From Niabella sp. (GTDB taxonomy: Bacteria; Bacteroidota; Bacteroidia; Chitinophagales; Chitinophagaceae), in assembly GCA_047975735.1 (NCBI GenBank), contig JBKEEB010000016.1:32123-96122 (forward strand): 64,000 nucleotides of DNA, written 5' to 3'. How positions within the stretch are numbered: position 1 is the stretch's first letter; every line of letters begins with the position of its first letter. The notes under the pieces were generated by a model. It worked only from the letters and a program-made list of their open reading frames with translations. It did no database searches and was not told the DNA's origin. Below are positions 47,698 through 56,430 of the stretch, in pieces. Both the position numbers and the translations under genes were made by a program.

Positions 47698-48093
47698 ATG
47701 GACGAAGTAGAAACATATAATATTGTAGAAGATGCCGGGCAGATGCTGTATAATATCAGGCATCGGTCATTTTATTTAGCAAAGGATATTATTAGCTTTA
47801 TCACTTCAGCAAAATACAATCGTATTTATTTCTCGCTTTTCGACCAATTACTCAGAAGTGCCACTTCAGTTGGAGCCAACCTTACAGAAGGTGTAGCCGG
47901 AAGTTCTAAAAATGATTTTTTAAAATATAACACTATTGCTTTAAAGTCAGCGAATGAAACAAAATACTGGCTTTGCTTAATCAGAGATACTGTTATTGGT
48001 GTTGATAAAATAATCATTAATAATTTATTAGCGGAAACCGTTGAAGTTGCAAAAATCATAGCAACCATTATCATTAATAGCAAAAAGCAATAG
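47698..48093 (+). CDS. four-helix-bundle protein (23S rRNA intervening-sequence protein / Avd-like family) inserted between ilvB and ilvN
   Basis: 131 aa. 'SATSVGANLTEGVAGSSKNDFLKYNTIALKSANETKYWLCLIRD' matches the family signature (S.GANI.EG...S..DF..FL.IA.GS..E..YWL). Confidence 0.8.
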   Translation: MDEVETYNIVEDAGQMLYNIRHRSFYLAKDIISFITSAKYNRIYFSLFDQLLRSATSVGANLTEGVAGSSKNDFLKYNTIALKSANETKYWLCLIRDTVIGVDKIIINNLLAETVEVAKIIATIIINSKKQ

Positions 48094-48137
48094 TCTCCTT
48101 TTTTAACTTTTTAATTTTAACTTTTTAATTTCTTATA

Positions 48138-48725
48138 ATGAAACAACAATATACCATCACCGTTTACGCAGAAGACCATATAGGTTTACTATCGCGTATT
48201 GCTATCATTTTTTCCAGAAGGAAAATCAATATCGACAGCTTGAATACTTCTTCCTCCGAAATCGAAGGTATTCACCGTTTTAATATTTTGATTGACGAAA
48301 CCGAAGAGGTTGTAAAAAAATTATGTAAACAAATTGAAAAACAAGTTGAAGTACTGCGTGCTTTTTATAATACCAACGAAGAGATTATTTGGCAGGAGCT
48401 GGCATTATTTAAAGTACCGGCCAAAGAAGTAACCGATAAAATGGTAGTAGAAAGAATTTTGAGGCAGTACGGAGCAAGAATTGTTTGCGTAAGAACCGAT
48501 TTTGTAGTTTTTGAATCTACCGGACACTCGGAAGACAATGATGCTTTAGTAAAAAAATTAGAAGAATACAGTCTGATAGAATTTGTACGTGGTGCCAGAG
48601 TCGCCATCATTAAAGATAGTGAAGGCTTCCACAAAAGGCTAAAAGAATTTGAATTAGGCGACCCTGGAGAGGAAGTTACCGAAAACGAATTCTTAAACGA
48701 GAATGAGAAAGTTTTCACCATGTAA
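48138..48725 (+). CDS. ilvN: acetolactate synthase small (regulatory) subunit
   Basis: N-terminal ACT domain 'YTITVYAEDHIGLLSRIAIIFSRRKINIDSLNTS', in the expected position in the ilv cluster. Confidence 0.88.
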   Translation: MKQQYTITVYAEDHIGLLSRIAIIFSRRKINIDSLNTSSSEIEGIHRFNILIDETEEVVKKLCKQIEKQVEVLRAFYNTNEEIIWQELALFKVPAKEVTDKMVVERILRQYGARIVCVRTDFVVFESTGHSEDNDALVKKLEEYSLIEFVRGARVAIIKDSEGFHKRLKEFELGDPGEEVTENEFLNENEKVFTM

Positions 48726-48781
48726 TCCTAATTAAACAATATATTATCAACCCAAAAAATATTTAAAAAACGAATAAAACA

Positions 48782-50263
48782 ATGTCAAATTACTTTAACA
48801 CACTTCCACTGAGAGAGCAATTAAACCAGTTAGGCGTTTGCGAGTTTATGAGCAGCGATGAGTTTTTAGATGGCGTAGATGCGCTAAAAGGAAAAAAAAT
48901 TGTAATAGTGGGCTGTGGCGCACAAGGCCTTAACCAAGGGCTAAACCTTAGAGATAGCGGCTTAGATGTTTCTTACGCTTTGCGTAAAGAAGCCATCGAC
49001 GAAAAAAGAGCCAGCTGGAAAAATGCAACTGATAATAATTTTAACGTAGGTACTTATGAAGAACTGATTCCTACGGCCGATTTAGTAATCAATCTTACTC
49101 CTGACAAACAACACACTGCCGTAGTAAGTGCGGTAATGCCGTTAATGAAACAAGGTGCTACATTGTCATACTCGCACGGTTTTAATATTGTAGAAGAAGG
49201 CATGCAGGTACGTAAAGATATTACGGTAATTATGGTAGCACCAAAAAGCCCCGGCAGCGAGGTAAGAGCCGAGTACCTGCGTGGTTTTGGCGTACCTACA
49301 TTAATTGCAGTACACCCCGAAAACGATCCCAACGGTACCGGTTTAGATTGGGCAAAAGCCTATTGCGTAGGCACCGGCGGCCATCGTGCCGGTGTGTTAA
49401 GGTCGTCATTTGTTGCCGAAGTAAAAAGCGATTTAATGGGCGAGCAAACCATTCTTTGCGGATTATTACAAACAGGTTCCATTCTTTCTTTCAACAAAAT
49501 GATTGAAAAAGGAATTGACCCTGCCTATGCCTCCAAATTAGTACAATATGGTGTAGAAGTGGTTACCGAAGCTTTAAAACATGGTGGCGTTACCGGCATG
49601 ATGGACAGGTTAAGCAACCCTGCAAAAATCAAAGCATTCCAATTATCAGAGGAAATGAAAACCATCATGCGTCCTTTGTTCCAAAAACATCAGGACGATA
49701 TTATGAGTGGCGAGTTCAGCCGTGTAATGATGGAAGACTGGGCCAATGGCGATGCCAATCTTTTAAAATGGCGCGCAGAAACCGGCGAAACCGCATTTGA
49801 AAAAACACCTGCCGGCGATATGAAAATTGGCGATCAGGAATATTTTGACAACTATACTTTAATGGTGGCCTTTATTAAAGCAGGGGTAGAACTGGCTTTT
49901 GAAGTAATGGTAGAAGCCGGTATAAAACCAGAGTCGGCCTACTACGAGTCGCTGCACGAAACACCATTAATTGCCAATACCATTGCCCGTAAAAAATTGT
50001 TTGAAATGAACCGCGTAATTTCCGATACTGCCGAGTACGGCTGCTATCTTTTTGACCAGGCATGCAAACCACTATTGGCCAATTTTATGAAAAATATTGA
50101 TACCGATGTGGTAGGTAAAAATTATAACGAAGGGAAAAGTATGGCCGTTGACAATCAGGAATTGGTAGCTGTAAACGAAGCCATCCGCACACATCCGGTA
50201 GAAAAAATAGGAACAGTTTTGCGCAAAGCCATGACGGCAATGAAGGCAATAAAAACGGCGTAA
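48782..50263 (+). CDS. ilvC: ketol-acid reductoisomerase (long, class II form)
   Basis: 493 aa; '[19 protein letters not shown]' Rossmann motif and duplicated knotted domain. Confidence 0.95.
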   Translation: MSNYFNTLPLREQLNQLGVCEFMSSDEFLDGVDALKGKKIVIVGCGAQGLNQGLNLRDSGLDVSYALRKEAIDEKRASWKNATDNNFNVGTYEELIPTADLVINLTPDKQHTAVVSAVMPLMKQGATLSYSHGFNIVEEGMQVRKDITVIMVAPKSPGSEVRAEYLRGFGVPTLIAVHPENDPNGTGLDWAKAYCVGTGGHRAGVLRSSFVAEVKSDLMGEQTILCGLLQTGSILSFNKMIEKGIDPAYASKLVQYGVEVVTEALKHGGVTGMMDRLSNPAKIKAFQLSEEMKTIMRPLFQKHQDDIMSGEFSRVMMEDWANGDANLLKWRAETGETAFEKTPAGDMKIGDQEYFDNYTLMVAFIKAGVELAFEVMVEAGIKPESAYYESLHETPLIANTIARKKLFEMNRVISDTAEYGCYLFDQACKPLLANFMKNIDTDVVGKNYNEGKSMAVDNQELVAVNEAIRTHPVEKIGTVLRKAMTAMKAIKTA

Positions 50264-50401
50264 TCCTTTTTTGCCATCCTCGGCTTGCCCAAGGATGATT
50301 TGCGAAGAATGATGATGTTATCAGCAGAACAATATAAATCATCATCCCTTGCGTCGCACACTTCGGCTAAAGAATAAAACTCATCCTGCATAAACGAAAA
50401 T

Positions 50402-50430
50402 TAATTGCGCGCCTTCGGCGCGCAATTTGT
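50402..50430 (+). terminator. intrinsic terminator ending the ilv operon
   Basis: aattgcgcgcc-ttc-ggcgcgcaatt (11-bp GC-rich stem) followed by tgtt. Confidence 0.7.
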
Positions 50431-50452
50431 TAAAAATAAAACGCAGCATGGT

Positions 50453-50540
50453 AACGTCACCTCGAGCAAAACAAAGTGGAGCGAGAGGTCTCATTCTTTG
50501 ATAGGGATTTCTCGCACTGCTTTGCACCGCTCGAAATAAC
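50453..50540. repeat. ~90-bp imperfect palindromic REP-like element
   Basis: Outer arms are cgtcacctcgagc / gctcgaaataacg and inner arms gagcgagaggtc / gatttctcgc. It resembles the 'gtcaccctgagc...gctcgaaatgac'-type dispersed repeats I recall from Bacteroidota genomes. Confidence 0.45.
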
Positions 50541-50588
50541 GCTCACTATTCAGACATAAAAAGATTGCATCTAACAGTACAAAGGACA

Positions 50589-52013
50589 ATGCAAATCCTA
50601 CACATACAAAACCTCTCCATCCGCTACGGTTACAAAACTGTATTGGAAAATCTGTCGTTCACAATTAATAGTGGTGAGCAATGGGCAATTAGCGGCGAGA
50701 GCGGCAGTGGAAAAACCACTTTGGGGCACGCCATTGCCAATTATCAAAAATATGAGGACAGCATCAGTATTCAGTTCAATCCTCAATGTAGTTTACCCGA
50801 AAAAGTTTTGTTTGTAGAAAACTGGTACCGCTTTACCAATCTGGAAGGCGATCGAAATTTTTATTATCAGCAGCGTTATAATCATCAGCAAAAAAGAGAT
50901 ACCGTTTCCGTTGCCCGCGAATTAGAATTGTATGGTAAAGAGCATCATTTAAACAATGAAAAACCTGCCACACTTATTGATACTTTCCATTATGCAAAAG
51001 TTTTGGATGAACAGTTGTTTGAAATTTCCAGCGGCGAGCATAAAAAACTGCAGCTCATCAAAGCCTTGTGGTTACAACCACAAGTGTTAATTATAGACCA
51101 ACCTTATACGGGTTTAGACAAACAATCCCGTAGCAACCTTAACCATTTGCTCAATCAATATGCAACAAATGGCGGCACACTAATATTACTCAGTAATGAT
51201 GAGGAATTACCGCAATGTATCAACCAGTATGCAGCTCTGCAAAACGGTCAAATTGTTTTAGGAAAAAATACTGAAACACAGCAGCAAAAAGTCCTACAAC
51301 CACTCCCCTCTTTCCTTAGTGCAAAACCATTATACACTACGCCTCAGATCATCAGCATGAAAAATATTAAAGTCCGGTATGATGATCATATTGTTCTTTC
51401 CGGAATTAATTGGCAGGTAAATGCCGGAGAACGGTGGCTATTGCAAGGCCCCAATGGTTCGGGTAAATCTACGTTGCTAAGTTTAATTACTGCCGATCAT
51501 CCGCAGGCTTATGCCAACAACATTAAACTCTTTGGCGTACAACGTGGTGGTGGTGAAAGTATTTGGGATATTAAAAAACGTATCGGCCTCATCTCTCCGG
51601 AATTTCATTGGTACTTTGATGCTAACGCTACCGTATCGCAAAGCCTGGCTTCCGGTTTTTTTGATGCCAATGGTCAGTACCAAAACCTGCGGTACGCCCA
51701 AAAGCATCAACTCAACGAGCTGTTGCATTTCTTAGGTTTGTATAATGTAAAAGATGAATTATTAGTAACACTTCCGCTCGGCAAGCAAAGGTTGGCATTG
51801 TTAGGCCGCACCATTATAAAAAACCCGCAGCTATTGGTTTTGGACGAGCCTTGTCAGGGATTAGACCAACAACAAACCCAATACTTCAACAACCTTGTGG
51901 ATGAGATTAGCAAAAACGGCGTTACCATTATTTACGTTGGCCATTTTGAAACACAGTTACCCAAATGTTTGGATAGGAAGTTGGTATTGGAGAATGGGAT
52001 GGTTGTATCGTAA
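50589..52013 (+). CDS. tandem-NBD ABC ATPase without a membrane domain (ModF-like)
   Basis: There are two ABC cassettes. NBD1 has 'GESGSGKTT', 'SSGEHKKLQL' and 'LIIDQPYTGLD'; NBD2 has 'GPNGSGKST' and 'LVLDEPCQGLD'. The start was chosen at 'MQILHIQNLSIRYG'. Confidence 0.85.
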   Translation: MQILHIQNLSIRYGYKTVLENLSFTINSGEQWAISGESGSGKTTLGHAIANYQKYEDSISIQFNPQCSLPEKVLFVENWYRFTNLEGDRNFYYQQRYNHQQKRDTVSVARELELYGKEHHLNNEKPATLIDTFHYAKVLDEQLFEISSGEHKKLQLIKALWLQPQVLIIDQPYTGLDKQSRSNLNHLLNQYATNGGTLILLSNDEELPQCINQYAALQNGQIVLGKNTETQQQKVLQPLPSFLSAKPLYTTPQIISMKNIKVRYDDHIVLSGINWQVNAGERWLLQGPNGSGKSTLLSLITADHPQAYANNIKLFGVQRGGGESIWDIKKRIGLISPEFHWYFDANATVSQSLASGFFDANGQYQNLRYAQKHQLNELLHFLGLYNVKDELLVTLPLGKQRLALLGRTIIKNPQLLVLDEPCQGLDQQQTQYFNNLVDEISKNGVTIIYVGHFETQLPKCLDRKLVLENGMVVS

Positions 52014-52104
52014 ATTGAAATCTGCGAGAATTATTTATCGAGATGTTATTGCTAGTGAGATTTACCTTCGGTGAAAAAGTTTTATACCGATTGGATATTC
52101 GTAA

Positions 52105-52154
52105 TAGACCAATGTAATTGGTCTAAACGACTATCGTCCCGAATGTTTTCGGGA
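52105..52154. other. two short perfect hairpins in a convergent intergenic region
   Basis: tagaccaat-gta-attggtcta (52105-52125) and tcccgaa-tgtt-ttcggga (52137-52154). Neither has a clear U-tract. Confidence 0.5.
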
Positions 52155-52221
52155 GCATTATACGAAGTATCATTGGTCTGTTTAATAAATATGTTTCGTA
52201 TTATATTTCGTTCAACAAAAC

Positions 52222-52992
52222 TCATGAAATTACCCTTCTAATCAACTTTAGTTGATGGGTTCTTTTACCTGTATCGGAATTAATAATACCTTTTTTATCA
52301 ATTGGATCGATTCGTACTTTACCGGCAGCGTGTATTATTTTATCGGGGCCAAGCAGTATTCCCACATGTACAATTTTGTTTTTTTCTTCAAAAAACGCCA
52401 AATCGCCCGGTAGCGCATCTTCCAATGTTCTTACCAATGCCCCCTGCCCTGCCTGCAACCATGCATCACGCAAAATAGGAACGCCTACTAACTTATACAT
52501 GGTTTGGGCAAAACCACTACAATCCACACCCAATATAGTTTTTCCACCCCACATATAAGGGGCATTCAGCCAGGTATAGGAATTTTTTATTAGTATTGAT
52601 AATTTATCCCCTACATCATCTGCATCAATGCTTACACCCGTATATTCGTATTCAAAATTTTTTATACCACCTTTAGTATTTTGTAAATTGAACAAGAAAG
52701 AACCGGCAGGGATATGCATAACGCAGCTTTTTAATTTTAGCATACTCAAAAAATCTGTTGTAATATTTTTGATAGGACGCTGCGCCGTTTGTTTATCCGT
52801 AATAGTTATTAAATGATTGGTTATCCATCCTTGATAACCATCATAAAGGCTTTCTACGTTCAACCAATTTTTTTCTCCGGTTTTTAAAATGTTTACCGCT
52901 TCTCCAAACAGGAGTTGGTTGCTCATTTCTGTGCGATGGTTTGGTTTTTTTCTTACTGGTGCTGCCGGCACTGTTACTACTGCATACTTCAT
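52222..52992 (-). CDS. NlpC/P60 (C40) family peptidase with N-terminal SH3-like domains
   Basis: 'WGGKTILGVDCSGFAQTMY' (catalytic Cys) and 'HVGILLG' (His). Confidence 0.85.
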   Translation of the reverse strand: MKYAVVTVPAAPVRKKPNHRTEMSNQLLFGEAVNILKTGEKNWLNVESLYDGYQGWITNHLITITDKQTAQRPIKNITTDFLSMLKLKSCVMHIPAGSFLFNLQNTKGGIKNFEYEYTGVSIDADDVGDKLSILIKNSYTWLNAPYMWGGKTILGVDCSGFAQTMYKLVGVPILRDAWLQAGQGALVRTLEDALPGDLAFFEEKNKIVHVGILLGPDKIIHAAGKVRIDPIDKKGIINSDTGKRTHQLKLIRRVIS

Positions 52993-53005
52993 TCAAATTA
53001 TTTTT

Positions 53006-54991
53006 TTAATAGGTCAATAATTCCTGCACCGTATCATGCAGTCTGGCTTTCGCCAAAAAGTTTTTTTCAAGTTCTTTATTAAACGGAACAGGCGTATCCA
53101 AAGAGGCGCAACGCCTTACCGGAGCATCTAAATAATTGAAACAATTTTCAGCAATCCAAGCCACTACTTCGGCACCAATACCGCCCGTTAAGGTATCCTC
53201 GTGCAATACGATTACTTTGCCTGTTTTTTGTACGGTTTTCTTTAAAGTGCCATAATCCAATGGCAGCAGACTGCGGAGGTCTATTATTTCAATTGAAATT
53301 TCGGGATGAGCTGCCGCATAATCCTCTGCCCAAATTACACCCAGTCCGTATGTAATTACAGACAGATCATCTCCGTGCTGCACTACACGGGCTTTACCTA
53401 TTTCTACTTCATACATTTCACCCGGCACCGGCGCATTAAGGCTGCGGTATAAAGCCTTATGTTCAAAAAACAGTACGGGATTGGGGTCGTTAATAGCAGC
53501 AATCAGCAACCCCTTTGCATCGGCCGGAGTGGAAGGATATACTATTTTTAAACCTGGCGTATGCACAAACCAGGCTTCATTACTCTGGCTATGAAAAGGC
53601 CCTGCACCAATGCCGCCACCGGTTGGCATACGAATAACTACATTAGCATTTTGGCTCCAGCGGTACTGTATTTTAGCCAAATTATTTACAATTTGATTAA
53701 AGCCAGCCGTAACAAAATCGGCAAACTGCATCTCCACAACTGCTTTATACCCTTTAAGGCTTAGCCCCATAGCAGCCCCTACAATAGCACTCTCACAGAT
53801 GGGGGTGTTTCGGATGCGGTCTTTTCCAAATTCTTCCAAAAAACCTTCGGTTACTTTAAAAGCACCGCCATATTCAGCAATATCCTGCCCCATTATAATT
53901 AGTTTGGAATCTTGCCGTAACGATTGTAACAAACCTTCTTTAATTGCTTCAATAAATCTTTTTGGAGTTGCCTCATTTACTGCTACCCCGGTTAGTATGT
54001 TTAGTTGTGTGTGTGGGGCATATACATCGGCTAACTCCTCCTGCGTATTAACAATCAACGGGGAATGCTTTTCCGTTATTGCCAACTCCTGTTCAATTTG
54101 TAATTGCAATTCCTCTCTTACAAAAGCCGCTTTTTCCTCATCTATTATTTGTTCTTCTTTTAAAAAATTTTCAAAGCCTATCACAGGGTCTTTTGTTTGC
54201 CATTGCTCAAATAAATGCTGCGGTACATATTTCACACCGCTGGCTTCTTCATGGCCACGCATCCTAAAAGTCATGCATTCTATTAAATATGGCTTTTGGT
54301 GTTTAATACAATAATCCCTAACGCCTTTAATGGTATCGTAAACAGTTAAAACATTATTACCGTCAATCGTAATGCCTTCCATACCGTAACCTTTGGCCCT
54401 ATCCGACAATTTATCACAGCGATATTGCTCCCACACCGGTGTGCTTAATCCGTAACCGTTATTTTCAATTAAAAAAATAATGGGCAAATCCCAAACAGCG
54501 GCCACATTCAATGCTTCATGAAAATCGCCCTCGCTGGTGCCGCCTTCGCCCGTAAATGCTAATACCACTTTTTGTCCGCCAGATAGTTTTTCGGCCAATG
54601 CTGCACCTACACCTACGGCCAGTTGCGGTCCCAGATGCGAGATCATACCACAAATATGATGTGCATGAGTGCCAAAATGAAAACTCCTGTCCCTGCCTTT
54701 GGTAAAACCGCCTGGCAATCCTTCCCATTGCAAAAACAATTGGTGCAAAGGAATACCTCTGGTGGTAAAAACACCCAAATTTCTGTGCATGGTCATCATC
54801 CACTCATCCTGTTGTAACGCCATAGTGGCCCCTACACTAATTGCTTCCTGGCCGATGCCGCTAAACCATTTACTTATTTTTCCCTGACGTAGCAGAATCA
54901 ACATTTTTTCTTCTACCATGCGAGGGTAAAGCAGGTTTTTATATACCTGCAATAATTGGTCGTTTGACAAATCAGTTCTGTTAAAAGTCAT
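53006..54991 (-). CDS. fused alpha/beta E1 component of a 2-oxoacid dehydrogenase (ThDP-dependent)
   Basis: 661 aa. The N-terminal half is E1-alpha-like ('GEGGTSEGDFHEALNVA') and the C-terminal half E1-beta-like ('GQDIAEYGGAFKVT', 'PICESAIVG'). Confidence 0.88.
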   Translation of the reverse strand: MTFNRTDLSNDQLLQVYKNLLYPRMVEEKMLILLRQGKISKWFSGIGQEAISVGATMALQQDEWMMTMHRNLGVFTTRGIPLHQLFLQWEGLPGGFTKGRDRSFHFGTHAHHICGMISHLGPQLAVGVGAALAEKLSGGQKVVLAFTGEGGTSEGDFHEALNVAAVWDLPIIFLIENNGYGLSTPVWEQYRCDKLSDRAKGYGMEGITIDGNNVLTVYDTIKGVRDYCIKHQKPYLIECMTFRMRGHEEASGVKYVPQHLFEQWQTKDPVIGFENFLKEEQIIDEEKAAFVREELQLQIEQELAITEKHSPLIVNTQEELADVYAPHTQLNILTGVAVNEATPKRFIEAIKEGLLQSLRQDSKLIIMGQDIAEYGGAFKVTEGFLEEFGKDRIRNTPICESAIVGAAMGLSLKGYKAVVEMQFADFVTAGFNQIVNNLAKIQYRWSQNANVVIRMPTGGGIGAGPFHSQSNEAWFVHTPGLKIVYPSTPADAKGLLIAAINDPNPVLFFEHKALYRSLNAPVPGEMYEVEIGKARVVQHGDDLSVITYGLGVIWAEDYAAAHPEISIEIIDLRSLLPLDYGTLKKTVQKTGKVIVLHEDTLTGGIGAEVVAWIAENCFNYLDAPVRRCASLDTPVPFNKELEKNFLAKARLHDTVQELLTY

Positions 54992-55181
54992 GGTACAAAT
55001 GTATTACTAAAACACTTAAAGCAAATTATATATAGAGTTCGTAAATTGCAGTAAATATTTTACCAATTTAAAATTTATAGAGATTAACAAATACGGTATT
55101 TGTACGTAATAATCGATGACAAACATTTTAAAACTGATTACACCTTTAAGAAAATTTTAACATTTTAAATTTAGAAATTCA

Positions 55182-55190
55182 CCCCCCCCC
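55182..55190. repeat. C9 homopolymer upstream of the small secreted-protein gene
   Basis: Read directly: aattca-ccccccccc-acag, 62 nt upstream of the ATG at 55252. Confidence 0.9.
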
Positions 55191-55251
55191 ACAGTAATTT
55201 CATACTGAGCCTGTTAAAACATTCCTTTTAAACACTTTAAGTTTAAAATTT

Positions 55252-55506
55252 ATGAAAAAATTAATCGCCTTATTTATTAGCTGTTTTGCAATGACAGCCA
55301 TTACATTTGCAAATAAAGATTTAGAACAAATTAACTCAGATACACCTTCAGAAATAATAGAAAACAATATCATTGAGGAAGAATGTACAACATATTCTAA
55401 GTGGACATGCCCAAATGGTGACGAGTGGGAAGTTTATATTACAGCTGATGACTGCGAAACTGCAGAAGAAGATGTAGTTGAAACATATGAACTACTATGT
55501 GAATAA
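55252..55506 (+). CDS. small secreted, highly acidic four-Cys protein
   Basis: 84 aa with Sec signal 'MKKLIALFISCFAMTAITFA'. The mature ~64 aa are rich in Glu/Asp and have four Cys. No family recognised. Confidence 0.5.
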   Translation: MKKLIALFISCFAMTAITFANKDLEQINSDTPSEIIENNIIEEECTTYSKWTCPNGDEWEVYITADDCETAEEDVVETYELLCE

Positions 55507-55591
55507 ATAAAAACTTTAGCAGGCTTATTTTTATTATTTAGAAACTCCTATCAAACTATCGAACCTCATTTTTAATCATTATTCTTGACCC

Positions 55592-56389
55592 ATGAAAGTT
55601 CATTATATTAAATTTGGAATACTACTTGGCATTTCACTTACATATTTTTCGAGTTGGAGTCAATTTCAGAAAAGCGGAAAAATCGAATATAATGTAACCT
55701 ATCATAGAAAAAGTTTCATTCCTCAAAATTTTACAGGAGAACTCACATTTGACTCGAATAAAACAATTTTTATGTATGACAAAAACACATTTACAACTGC
55801 TGTAAAAAAAGATTCCATTCATAATAATGGACAAAAAACCATAATGATGTCAAAAGGAAGGATAACTGATAATATTGGCAATATCACCTATACAAATTTT
55901 GAAACAAAACAACAAGTAAGCAGAGAACTTATACAAAGAAAACCATTTATCGTAGATGACACAATAGTAAGCCCTGTATGGAATATAGGTACTGATGTAA
56001 GAAACATAGGTAACTATAAATGCCAAAATGCATTTACTACCTACTACGGAAGAGAATATGAAGTATGGTTCACTAATAATATTCCTGTAGGATATGGACC
56101 ATGGAAATTGAATGGGTTACCGGGATTAATATTAGAAGCAAAATCGAAAGACGGGGAATTGATATTTGAAGCTACAAAAGTTGCTCTTTCCAAAACAACT
56201 GAAGTTATTGAACCTCCCGAATCTGGGACTTACATTAAGAGCTATGCTGCATTCAGAGAATTACAAGATCAAAAACTTGAAGATCTGAGAAAATTCGGGC
56301 AGTCAAAACTTAATGAAATACAAAAACCGGGTACAAAAATGAAACTGACAGGTGTATCATTCAGACGGTTTGAAAAAACACCTCAATAA
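55592..56389 (+). CDS. GLPGLI family protein
   Basis: 265 aa with a signal peptide and the eponymous 'WKLNGLPGLILEA' motif. Confidence 0.8.
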   Translation: MKVHYIKFGILLGISLTYFSSWSQFQKSGKIEYNVTYHRKSFIPQNFTGELTFDSNKTIFMYDKNTFTTAVKKDSIHNNGQKTIMMSKGRITDNIGNITYTNFETKQQVSRELIQRKPFIVDDTIVSPVWNIGTDVRNIGNYKCQNAFTTYYGREYEVWFTNNIPVGYGPWKLNGLPGLILEAKSKDGELIFEATKVALSKTTEVIEPPESGTYIKSYAAFRELQDQKLEDLRKFGQSKLNEIQKPGTKMKLTGVSFRRFEKTPQ

Positions 56390-56430
56390 TATGGCGAATA
56401 ATGGTGTATATTCAATTATTATAAAAATAT

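Noticed and set aside
50085-50391. Two minus-strand ORFs (86 and 78 aa) overlapping the 3' end of ilvC and the following spacer.
   Set aside because: Most of their length is antisense to ilvC. The spacer part coincides with inverted repeats (catcct...aggatg and gatgatg...catcatc), which more likely represent RNA structure.
53799-54314. A 171-aa plus-strand ORF, with several shorter ones, inside the E1 dehydrogenase gene.
   Set aside because: It is antisense to a strongly supported conserved gene, has Ser/Cys-rich composition and no recognisable motifs. The same reasoning applies to the antisense ORFs at 359-574, 1773-2006, 4403-4735, 6627-6929, 15625-15957, 17655-17969, 20086-20442, 31313-31738, 43965-44324, 44511-44909, 46712-47071, 48365-48721 and 63478-63867.
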